DNA of 64,000 nucleotides from Myxococcota bacterium (GTDB lineage: Bacteria > Myxococcota_A > UBA9160 > UBA4427), in the NCBI GenBank assembly GCA_965250285.1, contig OZ252299.1:2272001-2336000 (forward strand). The letters run 5' to 3'. The notes under the pieces were generated by a model. The model had not been told where the DNA came from, did not search any database, and saw nothing but the letters and a program-made list of their open reading frames with translations. Shown piece after piece: positions 20,830 to 30,591 of this stretch (the first letter of the stretch is position 1; every line of letters starts with the position of its first letter). Position numbers and translations under genes: made by a program.

Positions 20830-21404
20830 GCAACGCGACGATTCGAGAGATCGACCCGGCCGAGGTGTGGCCGCAGCTCGGCGACTACGTGGTCATCGAC
20901 GTGCGCGAAGATCACGAACTCGAGGGCCCGCTCGGCGCCATCGCCGGTGCCGTGCGCATCGACCGCAGCGCACTCGCCGACCACGTCGGCGGCTTCGCCG
21001 ACCGCGCCCTCCTCGTCGTCTGCCGATCGGGTCGCCGCAGCGCGGCGGCCTGCCAGGCGCTGCACGACCTGGGCCACGCCGATGCCACGAATCTCTCGGG
21101 TGGCATGATCGCCTGGAACGAGGCCGGGCTCCCGCTCGAGCGCCCGCCGGCACGCAGCCCGGCGGAGCTCGCCGACCGCATTGCCCACTGGTTCTCGATG
21201 ATGGTGCAGACCCCGGTCGACGCGGCGCGCGAGCGCCTCGGCCTCGATTCGGCGCCCGACGAAGGCGCGATCGCGCGCGCCCTCGACGAAGCGGTGCGCC
21301 AGCTCGACGCGGCGGGGCCGCCGGCCGACCTCGCCCTCTGCATCGGCGTCTTTCGCGCCGATCTCGCCGGCCTCGCCCAGGCGTCCAAGAGCGAAGCGCG
21401 CTGA
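20826..21404 (+). CDS. Rhodanese domain sulfurtransferase with C-terminal helical extension
   Basis: IDVRE..E, active-site loop VCRSGRRS, NLSGGMIAW..GLP; 4-nt overlap with pdo. Confidence 0.88.
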   Translation: MSNATIREIDPAEVWPQLGDYVVIDVREDHELEGPLGAIAGAVRIDRSALADHVGGFADRALLVVCRSGRRSAAACQALHDLGHADATNLSGGMIAWNEAGLPLERPPARSPAELADRIAHWFSMMVQTPVDAARERLGLDSAPDEGAIARALDEAVRQLDAAGPPADLALCIGVFRADLAGLAQASKSEAR

Positions 21405-21407
21405 CCC

Positions 21408-22325
21408 ATGTCTCCCGTCGGCCTCGCCCTCGCGCTCGCCATCGGCGTCTCGCTCGGCTTCTTCGGCGGTGGGGGATCGATCCTCACGGTGCCCCTCTTC
21501 GTCTACGTCTTCGGGCTCGACCCCAAGGACGCCATCGCGAGCTCGCTGCTGGTGGTCGCGATCGCGAGCACGATCGGCGCGGCGCAGCATGCCCGCGCGG
21601 GCAACGTGCGCTGGCGCGAGGGCCTCGTGTTCGGTGTCGCCGGCATGGCCGGCGCATATCTCGGCGGCCGCGTCAGCGAGTTCATCGATGGCGGCGTGCT
21701 GCTGCTGCTCTTCGCCACGATGATGACGATCACAGCGCTCGCCATGTGGCGCGGGCGCCGGGCGCCGCCGCCGAACGCCGCCAGCGACGTGGGCGCGGTC
21801 GATGCGAGGGCCAGTGCACGACTCGCCGCACAGGGCCTGGTGGTCGGCTCGTTCACCGGCCTCGTCGGCGCGGGCGGCGGGTTCCTCATCGTGCCGGCGC
21901 TCGCGCTCTGGGCTCGGCTCCCGATGCCAGCCGCCGTCGGTACCTCGCTGGCCATCATCGTGTTGCAGAGCCTCGCGGGCTTCGCGGGCCACGCCGGCCA
22001 CGCCACGATCGACCTGCGCCTCGTCGCGACCGTCGCCGGCGTGGCGATCGTCGGCAGCGTGCTGGGCGCGATCGCGGCCAAGGCCGCCGACCCGGCCCGG
22101 CTGCGTCGCGCCTTCGCAGGCTTCGTGCTCGCGATGGCGGCGTTCATCCTGGTGCGCGAGGGCACGCTGGTCGCGCAGGCGGCCGGCGACGCCCTGCCCC
22201 GCACGCTGCCCCAGCTGGTCTTCGCCGCGCTGATGCTCGGCGTGGGCCTGTGGACCGGCCGCGCGACACGACGGGCCGAACAGGCCGTGTGGGATCTCGA
22301 CTTCGAGCAGGGCGAAGGCATCTGA
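21408..22325 (+). CDS. tauE: TauE/SafE sulfite exporter family
   Basis: GVSLGFFGGGGSILTVP, TGLVGAGGGFLIVPAL, AVGTSL; multi-TM. Confidence 0.9.
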   Translation: MSPVGLALALAIGVSLGFFGGGGSILTVPLFVYVFGLDPKDAIASSLLVVAIASTIGAAQHARAGNVRWREGLVFGVAGMAGAYLGGRVSEFIDGGVLLLLFATMMTITALAMWRGRRAPPPNAASDVGAVDARASARLAAQGLVVGSFTGLVGAGGGFLIVPALALWARLPMPAAVGTSLAIIVLQSLAGFAGHAGHATIDLRLVATVAGVAIVGSVLGAIAAKAADPARLRRAFAGFVLAMAAFILVREGTLVAQAAGDALPRTLPQLVFAALMLGVGLWTGRATRRAEQAVWDLDFEQGEGI

Positions 22326-22351
22326 CTGCGCCCGCAACGAGGAGACACAGC

Positions 22352-22774
22352 ATGACCGACTTCTCCATCGGACCCGCGCTCGCGGGCGGATTCATGATCG
22401 GTGCAGCCGCGCTGCTGCTCGGCCATGGCGCCGGCCGCGTCGCCGGCATCAGCGGCATCCTCGATGGCCTGCTCGCGCCCGGCGCGGACGATCGCGGCTG
22501 GCGCCTGGCGTTCCTACTCGGGCTGCCGCTCGGTGCGCTCGGCGTGTGGTCCGCCGGGCTGGGCGAGCGCCCCTCGATCGAAGCCAGCACGGGGCTCCTC
22601 GTCGCCGCCGGCCTGATCGTCGGCTTCGGCACCCGCCTCGGCAGCGGCTGCACCAGCGGTCACGGCGTGTGCGGCGTGGCGCGCGGCTCGAAGCGCTCGA
22701 TCGTCGCCACCGCGACCTTCATGGCGACCGGCGCGCTCACCGTCTGGGTGCTGCGCCACGGCGGAGGGCTCTGA
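22352..22774 (+). CDS. YeeE/YedE sulfur transporter subunit
   Basis: [51 protein letters not shown]. Confidence 0.92.
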   Translation: MTDFSIGPALAGGFMIGAAALLLGHGAGRVAGISGILDGLLAPGADDRGWRLAFLLGLPLGALGVWSAGLGERPSIEASTGLLVAAGLIVGFGTRLGSGCTSGHGVCGVARGSKRSIVATATFMATGALTVWVLRHGGGL

Positions 22775-22776
22775 GC

Positions 22777-23232
22777 ATGCGCGCCCGCATCGTGCCGCCG
22801 CTCGCCGGCCTGCTCTTTGGCGCGGGTCTCGCCCTGTCGGGCATGACCAACCCCGTGCGCGTCCAGGCCTTCCTCGACGTCGCGGGCGCTTGGGATCCAA
22901 CCCTCGCGTTCGTCATGGGCGGCGCGCTCACCGTGACGATCATCGGGCCGCTCGTGCTGCAGCGCGCCGGGCTCGCGGTCACTCGCCCGACGGGCCCCCA
23001 GGCGCCGATCGACCGCCGGCTCGTGATCGGGTCGGCGCTCTTCGGGGTCGGCTGGGGCGCCGCCGGGTTCTGCCCGGGCCCGGCGATCGCCGGTCTCGCG
23101 AGCCTCGAACCGCGCGTCGCGCTCTTCGTCGCGGCGATGACCGCCGGCATGGCGCTCCACCGGCTCGTCCTGGGCTGGATCGATGCGAGACCAAGCGCGA
23201 CCCGCCGCGTCTGGGCGAGAGAGGACGGCTGA
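22777..23232 (+). CDS. YeeE/YedE sulfur transporter subunit 2
   Basis: [47 protein letters not shown]. Confidence 0.92.
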   Translation: MRARIVPPLAGLLFGAGLALSGMTNPVRVQAFLDVAGAWDPTLAFVMGGALTVTIIGPLVLQRAGLAVTRPTGPQAPIDRRLVIGSALFGVGWGAAGFCPGPAIAGLASLEPRVALFVAAMTAGMALHRLVLGWIDARPSATRRVWAREDG

Positions 23233-23245
23233 CGCGGCGACGCGT

Positions 23246-24499
23246 TCAGCGCGCCGGCTCGACCTCGAGGCGAACGAAGCCGCGGAAGCTCGGGATCGCG
23301 GCGTACTCGTAGCCGCCGGCCGCGATGCGCAGCGGGCCGAATCGGCCGTAGAGCGCCCGCAGGGCCTCCTGCGCCTCGACCTTCGCGAGATGGGTCCCCA
23401 GGCAGAAGTGCCGACCACCGCCGAACGCCAGGGTCGACTTGTCGACGCGGTCGAGGTCGAACGCGTCGGGGTCGGGGTGGACCCGCGGATCGTGATTCGC
23501 CGCGGCGAGCGAGACCGAGAGCGACTCGCCCTGCGCGATCTTCACGCCGCGCACCTCCATGTCGGCGCTCGCGATGCGGCCCGAGTTCGTGACCGGCGGA
23601 TCGAAGCGCAGCGTCTCGTCGACGGCGTCCGACACGCGCTCGGGGTCGTCGCAGAGCGCCTGCTGCTGATCGGGGAACGCCATCAGCGACTTCACGCTGT
23701 TGGCGATGAGGTCGGTCGTCGTGACGTTGCCCGCAATGAGCAGCAGATTGCACTGCATCACGATCTCGGTCTCGGTCAGCCGGTCGCCTTCGAGCTCGAC
23801 CGAGACCATGTCGCTGATCAGGTCGTCGCCGAGCGCGACCCGGCGCTTCGCGATCTCTTCTCGGAACAACGCATCGAGCTGCGCCTGGGCATGCATCGCC
23901 TCGTTCAGCTGCGCCTCGGAGGGCATCGGGTTGAAGCCCACCGCGACGCTGGTGTTCGACCACGCCTTGAAGTCCTCGTAGCAGCGCGTGTCGAGGCCCA
24001 TCATCTCAGCGATCACCACCGACGGGATCGGGTCGGCGTAGCGCGCGATCAGGTCGAACGAACCGTCGGGCAGCTCGGCGGTGATGCGCTCGGCGATGCC
24101 GCGCACGCGCTCGCGCCAGCGCTCGACGGCGCGCGGTGTGAACGATCGGTTCACGAGCTCGCGCAGCCGCCGATGCTCGGGGTCATCCATCAGCAGCATC
24201 GACGGGTCTTCGTCCTCGGCGTCGCGCCGCGACAGGAACTCACGCGTGAACGTGCCGGGGTTCGCCTTGCGCGGGTCGCTCCAGAGCGACAGGTCACGCA
24301 GGATCGCGTTCACGTCCTCGTGTCGCGTGAAGATGTATCGCTTGAGCTCGGCGTCGTAGTGCACCGGCTCGGTCTCACGCAGATGCGCGAGAATCGGGTA
24401 CGGGTTTTCACGGAAGTCGGCGTCGAGCGCGGTCAGCCGAAGCCCGGTCGGCCCGGTGTAGGCGCCCTCGCCCCGGTCGATGGCGGCGTCGCTGGTCAT
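23246..24499 (-). CDS. Cytochrome P450
   Basis: DDPEHRRLR, I-helix AGNVTT, ETLR, heme motif FGGGRHFCLG. Confidence 0.95.
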   Translation of the reverse strand: MTSDAAIDRGEGAYTGPTGLRLTALDADFRENPYPILAHLRETEPVHYDAELKRYIFTRHEDVNAILRDLSLWSDPRKANPGTFTREFLSRRDAEDEDPSMLLMDDPEHRRLRELVNRSFTPRAVERWRERVRGIAERITAELPDGSFDLIARYADPIPSVVIAEMMGLDTRCYEDFKAWSNTSVAVGFNPMPSEAQLNEAMHAQAQLDALFREEIAKRRVALGDDLISDMVSVELEGDRLTETEIVMQCNLLLIAGNVTTTDLIANSVKSLMAFPDQQQALCDDPERVSDAVDETLRFDPPVTNSGRIASADMEVRGVKIAQGESLSVSLAAANHDPRVHPDPDAFDLDRVDKSTLAFGGGRHFCLGTHLAKVEAQEALRALYGRFGPLRIAAGGYEYAAIPSFRGFVRLEVEPAR

Positions 24500-25234
24500 C
24501 TAGAGCAGCCCTCCTTCGGGTGCCGGGCGGGCGCGCTGGTTGTAGAGCATCGCCCGCAGCTCCTCGATGCGCTCCTTCGTGAACTGTGAGGGATCGACGG
24601 TCATGTCTTCACCGACCGCCATGCCGCGCTGCACGCCCGACCTGGCCGAGAGCTCTTCGAACCAGCGCTTGAAGTACGGGAACTCGTCGATGTCCTGGCC
24701 GTAGTTCTCGTACTTGACCGTCCACGGGTAGCTGATCATGTCGGCGATCGTATAGTCGTCGCCGGTCAGGTAGCGACGGTCGTAGAGCCGATTGTTCATG
24801 ACGCCGAACAGCCGATTGACCTCGTCCTCGAAGCGACGCACGGCATACGACTGATCACCCTGGGTGTCGCCGAGCCGCCTGAAGTGGCCGCACTCGCCCG
24901 TCTTCGGACCCTGATTCGCCATCTGCCAGATCACCCACTGCTCGACCTCGGTGCGACCGCGCAGCCCTTCGCCGCGAAACCGGCCGGCCTTGTCTGCGAG
25001 GTAGAGCATCATCGCGCCGCTCTCGAAGACCGAGATCGGTTCGCCGCCGCCTTCGGGCGCGTGATCGACGAGCGCCGGCATGCGGTTGTTCGGCGAGATG
25101 GCCAGGAACTCGTCCTTGAACTGGTCCCCCATCCCGATCGAGCAGGGGACGACCTGGTAGGGCATCTCGAGCTCTTCGAGCAGGATCGTGACCTTCTTGC
25201 CGTTGGGCGTGGGCCAGAAATGCAGATCGATCAT
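24500..25234 (-). CDS. Glutathione S-transferase (YfcG/YghU-like)
   Basis: MIDLHFWPTPNGKKV, ISPNNRMPAL, FESGA, YTIADMISYPW. Confidence 0.92.
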   Translation of the reverse strand: MIDLHFWPTPNGKKVTILLEELEMPYQVVPCSIGMGDQFKDEFLAISPNNRMPALVDHAPEGGGEPISVFESGAMMLYLADKAGRFRGEGLRGRTEVEQWVIWQMANQGPKTGECGHFRRLGDTQGDQSYAVRRFEDEVNRLFGVMNNRLYDRRYLTGDDYTIADMISYPWTVKYENYGQDIDEFPYFKRWFEELSARSGVQRGMAVGEDMTVDPSQFTKERIEELRAMLYNQRARPAPEGGLL

Positions 25235-25324
25235 GGTGGGCTCCCCGTTCAGTCGGGAAGCATCGCACACTCGCACCGCCGCCGAGGCCGCTTGCAGGCC
25301 CACGCGGTGGGGCCGGGGCCCGGA

Positions 25325-26758
25325 TCAGTCGGAGCGGCGCGTCTCGTCGGACGCGTCGAGCGGCATCGCCTCGGCGACCTCGGCGTCGTCTGCCGACCCG
25401 CTGCCCAAGGCGCGCTCGATGCGGGCGCGCATGCGGTCGACCTCGTCGTCGCTCAGCGCCTGGTGGGCCGGGCTCTCGACGCGGCTCGGGTGGTTGCGAG
25501 ATGGATCGCTCTCGTCGATCGGCTCGAGCTCGGGAAGCACGTCGAGCGCGTCGACCTCTTCGCTCTCGGTGATGTCGCCAATGACGGCGACCGCCTGGAG
25601 CTCGTCGGCCTCGGGCTCGAGAAACGAGGTCAGCCGGTCGGCTTCGGCCTCGCTGATCGGCGCGGTGATCGGGTCGGCTGCGACGGGGCGCTCGCCCGAC
25701 GCGGCGTCGGCCGCAGCGGCGACGAGCTCGGGCTCGACCACGGCTTCGATCTCGGGCGCGAGCTCGGCCGACATCGGCTCGAGAGCGATGCCCTCGTCGG
25801 GCACGACGACCGCATCGGTCGGCCGACCGAGCGCGGCGGCGTCCAACGACCCGTCGAGGGGCACGTCGAGATCGGGGCCGACGGGCGCAATGTCCGACTC
25901 ACCCGACTCGATCTCGATCGATACGGCCGCGAGGTCGGCCTCGTCGACCTCGAGCGCGTCTTCGTCTTCGAGCTCGGCATCGGGATCGAGCTCGCGAATC
26001 AGCGCCACGAGCTTCGCGCGCTTCGCCTCGTGGATGTCCTCGACGGTGAGTGCCTGATGCGCGGCCGCGAGGGAGACCGATTCGTCGAAGGGGCGCGCGA
26101 GCTCGGCGACCCGCATCGCCAGACCCGGCGAGAGCTCGGTGTTCTCGGGATGCACGCACATGCGCAGCGCGGCGAGGATGGCGGCGCGATGCGCCTCGGG
26201 ATCGGGCGCGATGCGCGCCGCGTGCGAGGCACCGGGCGCATCCGAACCGAGCTCGCGTGGCGGTGCATCGGCCTCGGCCCGTGCGGTCTCGAACCCCTCG
26301 ACGAGGTCGGGCAACATGCGCACCAGCACCTGGGGCTCGACCAGCGCAGGCTCACTCACGCTCACGAGCTCGCGGAAGAACTGGGCCGCGAGCACCGTCG
26401 CGCCCTGCCCCGCGTGATGATGGACGAGCCGCGCGGCCGACTCGGTGGCCGCACCGGGTTCACCGAACTCGATGGCCACGTCCCAGAAAAAAGCGTCGGC
26501 CTCGGGGTCACCCGGCTCGGCCTCGACGGACTCGCGCGCCAGGAAGTACGCCGCGCCGAGATTGCCGCGGGCCTGAGCGTCGATGGCGTCGCGGAGGATG
26601 CGCTTCGGCGTCACGTCCTTCACGCCGTCGGCCACGCGCCCGGCGAACTCGCCCCCGCGCCGCGCGATCGAACCCAGGCGGTCGGCGATGCCGGCGCCCG
26701 GACCCTCGGCGGTCTTCGAGGGGGCTCCGTCACCCCGGATGCGGTCGAGCAGACCCAC
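25325..26758 (-). CDS. Hypothetical protein: helical/TPR-like N-half and highly acidic low-complexity C-half
   Basis: GTG start (GLLDRIRG) with GGAGG upstream; helical repeats followed by a D/E/A/P-rich region. Confidence 0.65.
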   Translation of the reverse strand: MGLLDRIRGDGAPSKTAEGPGAGIADRLGSIARRGGEFAGRVADGVKDVTPKRILRDAIDAQARGNLGAAYFLARESVEAEPGDPEADAFFWDVAIEFGEPGAATESAARLVHHHAGQGATVLAAQFFRELVSVSEPALVEPQVLVRMLPDLVEGFETARAEADAPPRELGSDAPGASHAARIAPDPEAHRAAILAALRMCVHPENTELSPGLAMRVAELARPFDESVSLAAAHQALTVEDIHEAKRAKLVALIRELDPDAELEDEDALEVDEADLAAVSIEIESGESDIAPVGPDLDVPLDGSLDAAALGRPTDAVVVPDEGIALEPMSAELAPEIEAVVEPELVAAAADAASGERPVAADPITAPISEAEADRLTSFLEPEADELQAVAVIGDITESEEVDALDVLPELEPIDESDPSRNHPSRVESPAHQALSDDEVDRMRARIERALGSGSADDAEVAEAMPLDASDETRRSD

Positions 26759-27186
26759 GTGCGTGTACACCTCCGCCCCGCCGCCCCACCGGGCCACGAC
26801 GGTCGCGTCATCTTCTCGTTCGCCAACGCATCGTCCGGCCGGGAATGAGGCTGAACCCCGAAGCGGCCTTCGAGAACGCCCTGAGCCGCCGAGGCTGCCC
26901 CCAGCGTGACGCCTCGCACATCGCTCGATCACGCACCGGCAACACGCCGGCAACTCGCGCGGCGGATCGACGGATCGCGCCGGGGCACGTCGCGGCGCGG
27001 CCAGGCAATCGACGCCACTCGCGATGCCTGGCGTTGCTAGTCTGATCGAGCCCCGTCGCGCGTCGACCCGTCGCGCCGCGAACGCGATGCCGAGCAGCCG
27101 AGCCGGGCGCTGGCTTGGCCCGATCGACTGCGCCACCGAGCCCGCCCTCGCGTCGACGACGCACCAGCCTGGAGCCCAGCCCACCG

Positions 27187-28755
27187 ATGTTCGCCGCCGC
27201 CGAGACGGGACGTCGCGTCGACCCCGAGACCTTCGAGGCCGAGGTCACCGAGCTGCGCGTCGACCTGCTGAACGCGCAGTTCGACCTCCGCCGTGCCGGG
27301 TTCCCGGTCGTCCTGCTCGTCGATGGCGACGATCGCCTCGCGTGCAACCTCGTCCTGCAGGGCATCAACGACTGGCTCGACGGGCGCTACGTGAAGACCC
27401 ACGTCCTCGGTCCGCCCACCGAGGGCGAACGGGTGCGGCCCCGCGACTGGCGCTACTGGAGCCGGCTGCCGCCCGCCGGACGCACGGCCGTGTTCGCACA
27501 CAGCTGGATGCACGAAGCGATACAGCGCGTCGCGACCGGCGAATCGGACGAAGCGGGCCTCGAAGACGACATCCGTCGCATCCGCGCGTTCGAGCGCACG
27601 CTCGTGAACGACGGCACGCTGCTGATGAAGTTCTGGTACCACCTGCCGCGCAAGGAGCTGGGCAAGCGCCTCGAGAGCGGCATTGCCGACCACCAGCCCC
27701 GCTGGCGGCTGGGCGAGCAGGTCGAGCAGCTCTACGAGCACTACGAACCCGCCATCGCGCTCGCCGAGCGCATCGTCGCCGGCACCAGCACGGGCCTCGC
27801 CCCGTGGTTCGTCGTCGAGAGCACCGATCCCCTGTATGCCGGTCTCGAGACGGCGCGGCGCGTCTTGTCGGGGCTCACTGAGCGCATCGACGAGGTCGAC
27901 CTGCCGCCGCTCGACCCCTCGCGCGTGCCCATGCCCGTGGCGCGGCCGAGCGATGTCAACCCCGATCCGCGCGGCGACGAAGACGAGAGTCGACCGCGCC
28001 GCGTGCTCGACTCGGTCGACCTCGAGCGGCGCGTGTCGAAGGACAAGTACGCCGAGAAGTTCGCGAAGAACCAGGCGAAGCTCGATGCGCTGTTCACCGA
28101 GGCCGAAGACGTGGGCGTCTCGACCGTGCTCGTCTTCGAGGGCTGGGACGCCGCCGGCAAGGGCGGCACGATTCGACGGGTCTGCCAGCCGGTCGATCCG
28201 CGCCTCTATCACGTCGTGCCGATCGCAGCGCCGACCCCCGAAGAGAAGGCCCACCACTACCTCTGGCGCTTTTGGCAGCAGCTGCCGCGCGCGGGTCGCA
28301 TGACGGTGTTCGATCGCAGCTGGTACGGCCGCGTGCTCGTCGAGCGCGTCGAGGGCCTCGCGAGTGAGGACGAGTGGCAGCGTGCGTTCGAGGAGATTCG
28401 CGATTTCGAATCACAGCTCGTCGACGCGAACACGCTCGTGCTCAAGTTCTGGCTGCACCTGAGTCCGCAAGAGCAGCTGCGCCGCTTCGAGGCGCGCGAG
28501 CAGACACCGTACAAGAAGTACAAGATCACCGACGAGGACTATCGGAATCGCGCGCGCTGGGAAGATTACGAGATCGCGGTCGACGACATGGTGGGCCGCA
28601 CGAGCACGCGCGCCTGTCCATGGCATCTGATCGCCGCCGAGCAGAAGCGCGCCGCGCGTCTCGAGGTCGTCGAGATCGTCCGAAAGCAGCTCGGCAAGGC
28701 GATCAAGAAGGCGCGCAAGCGCGCCGAGACGGCGAACGAAGCCGGGAGCGCCTAG
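27187..28755 (+). CDS. pap: Polyphosphate:AMP phosphotransferase (two-domain PPK2)
   Basis: MFAAAE start; C-domain EGWDAAGKGG, FDRSWYGRVLVERVEG, KFWLH, KITDED. Confidence 0.92.
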   Translation: MFAAAETGRRVDPETFEAEVTELRVDLLNAQFDLRRAGFPVVLLVDGDDRLACNLVLQGINDWLDGRYVKTHVLGPPTEGERVRPRDWRYWSRLPPAGRTAVFAHSWMHEAIQRVATGESDEAGLEDDIRRIRAFERTLVNDGTLLMKFWYHLPRKELGKRLESGIADHQPRWRLGEQVEQLYEHYEPAIALAERIVAGTSTGLAPWFVVESTDPLYAGLETARRVLSGLTERIDEVDLPPLDPSRVPMPVARPSDVNPDPRGDEDESRPRRVLDSVDLERRVSKDKYAEKFAKNQAKLDALFTEAEDVGVSTVLVFEGWDAAGKGGTIRRVCQPVDPRLYHVVPIAAPTPEEKAHHYLWRFWQQLPRAGRMTVFDRSWYGRVLVERVEGLASEDEWQRAFEEIRDFESQLVDANTLVLKFWLHLSPQEQLRRFEAREQTPYKKYKITDEDYRNRARWEDYEIAVDDMVGRTSTRACPWHLIAAEQKRAARLEVVEIVRKQLGKAIKKARKRAETANEAGSA

Positions 28756-28808
28756 GGAACCTCTGGCCAGTCGGCCGTGCCAGGGCCAACTGGCCAGAGG
28801 TTCCCTAG
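28752..28808. repeat. 57-bp palindromic MITE/REP-like element with 20-bp perfect terminal inverted repeats
   Basis: CTAGGGAACCTCTGGCCAGT-N17-ACTGGCCAGAGGTTCCCTAG; each end contains the TAG stop of a flanking convergent gene. Confidence 0.85.
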
Positions 28809-29605
28809 CCGCCGTAGCTCTTCAGGATCTCGCCCCAGCGCGCCTCGAAGGCCGGCCGCAGCGGCGGATGCGTGAACACGTAGAAGTCGCCCTGCTCGAT
28901 GGCACGGGCCACCTGCTCGCCGACGTCGGCCGGGTCGGTGCCACTCTCGATCACCGCCCCCATCGGACCCACCCCGTCTCCCGCGCCGCCGTAGCGCTCC
29001 GGTCGGTGTCGTGGACTGGTTTCGAGCAGAGACGTCTTCACGATGCCGGGGCACAGCAGAGAGAGCCCCACCTGCGTGTCGGCGAGCTCGAGCCGCAGGC
29101 ACTCGGTCAGTCCGACCACGGCGTGCTTCGACGCGGTGTAGATCGAGAGACCGGCCACCGGGATATGCCCCGACACCGATGCCGTGTTCACGACGTGCGT
29201 CGGCTCGCCGAGCGCCTTGAGCCGCGGCAGGAAGACGCGGAGACCGTTGACGACGCCGTGCACGTTGAGGTCGAGGATCCATTCCCAGTCGCTATGGCTC
29301 GAGTCTTCGAGGGCGCCCACGGTGAAGGCGCCCGCGTTGTTGACGACGATGTGGACCGCCCCGAGCGCATCGCGCGCCGCATCGGCCGCGCGCTCGATGC
29401 TCTCCTGGCTCGTCACGTCGCACTCGACGGCAAACGCGGTCGCGCCGTTTTTCTGCAACGCCTTCACCGCCGCATCGGCCGCCGCGCCGTCGATGTCGGC
29501 CACGGCCACGGCGACCCCGCGTGCGGCCAGACTGCGCGCGATCGCCAACCCGATGCCGCTCGCGCCGCCGGTCACGAACGCGACCTTTCCGTTCAGCTCC
29601 TGCAT
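28805..29605 (-). CDS. Short-chain dehydrogenase/reductase
   Basis: TGGASGIG, NNAG, NTAS, YTASK. Confidence 0.95.
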   Translation of the reverse strand: MQELNGKVAFVTGGASGIGLAIARSLAARGVAVAVADIDGAAADAAVKALQKNGATAFAVECDVTSQESIERAADAARDALGAVHIVVNNAGAFTVGALEDSSHSDWEWILDLNVHGVVNGLRVFLPRLKALGEPTHVVNTASVSGHIPVAGLSIYTASKHAVVGLTECLRLELADTQVGLSLLCPGIVKTSLLETSPRHRPERYGGAGDGVGPMGAVIESGTDPADVGEQVARAIEQGDFYVFTHPPLRPAFEARWGEILKSYGG

Positions 29606-29637
29606 GGATCCTCCTGTGTCGTGGCTCTTGGTGTTGC

Positions 29638-30411
29638 TCAGGCGAGCTTCAGCGGAAGCTCGAGGTGCGCCTGGTACACGTGGTCACGATGTTCGAGCAG
29701 AATCGGGTCGAGGGCGGCGCGGGTCGCATCGTCCATCGCCCCGAACGCAGCGCGCATGGCCGGGGCCATCGGACAGTGCTCGTCGGGGAGCGGGTCGAAG
29801 AGCGCCATGAACGCCGCCGAGTAGATGTCGACACAGCTGAGCGCATCGCCCAGATAGTGCTTCGAGCCGGCGTCGCGCTGGGCGTGCAGTCGCCGCGCGA
29901 GCATCTCGAGCAAACCGACGATGCGCGCGGTCAGGCCGCTCGCCTCCCCCTCGCGGTAGCCGTACTTGTCGGCGAGATACCTGGCGACCGGCGGCGGAAA
30001 CCCCAGCTCGCCCTGCAACCCGGTGTGCACCGAAGACAGGCGCCGCATCCAACCGAGGCCGAGCTCGCCGCAGATCTCGTGCGACAAGCCGAAGGCCATG
30101 GCGCGGGTCTCGGCATCGGCCGGCAACAGCGCGGGCTCGGGCGCGAGTCGCTCGGCCAGCAGCAGGATCTCGGCCCAGCCCGCGCGCGGGGGCTCCTGCT
30201 CGTACATCGCAACGGGGCCGCTCGTGCTGCCGATCCAGTCGAGGAGCGAAGCGTTCGACTGGTCGAGCTTCACCGCGACCCACGGAATCGCCTTGATGTG
30301 CAGGATGCCCTTCGCCGCCTCGCCCCATGGGCTCGGCACGCCCGGCACGACCACCATGCGCAGACCCGACCGGTCTCGCGCAGCCTCGAACTCGACGAAC
30401 TCGAAGGGCAT
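29638..30411 (-). CDS. Divergent glutathione S-transferase-like protein
   Basis: GVPSPWGEAAKGILHIK N-terminal motif; YLGDALSCVDIY C-terminal GST motif. Confidence 0.7.
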   Translation of the reverse strand: MPFEFVEFEAARDRSGLRMVVVPGVPSPWGEAAKGILHIKAIPWVAVKLDQSNASLLDWIGSTSGPVAMYEQEPPRAGWAEILLLAERLAPEPALLPADAETRAMAFGLSHEICGELGLGWMRRLSSVHTGLQGELGFPPPVARYLADKYGYREGEASGLTARIVGLLEMLARRLHAQRDAGSKHYLGDALSCVDIYSAAFMALFDPLPDEHCPMAPAMRAAFGAMDDATRAALDPILLEHRDHVYQAHLELPLKLA

Positions 30412-30591
30412 CGACGCTCCTCATTTCATGGCGCCCGCGCGCAACCCGGCGCAGTCGACCCGTCGCGAGCTGTGGCACACCGCAGGACCCGCGAGAGTAG
30501 CGACCTCCCCCCGCCCTGGGCACCTGCCCTGCACTACGCTTCGCGGTACTTCGCTTCCATTCACCGGTCGGATCGGACCCGAGGAGCCCCC

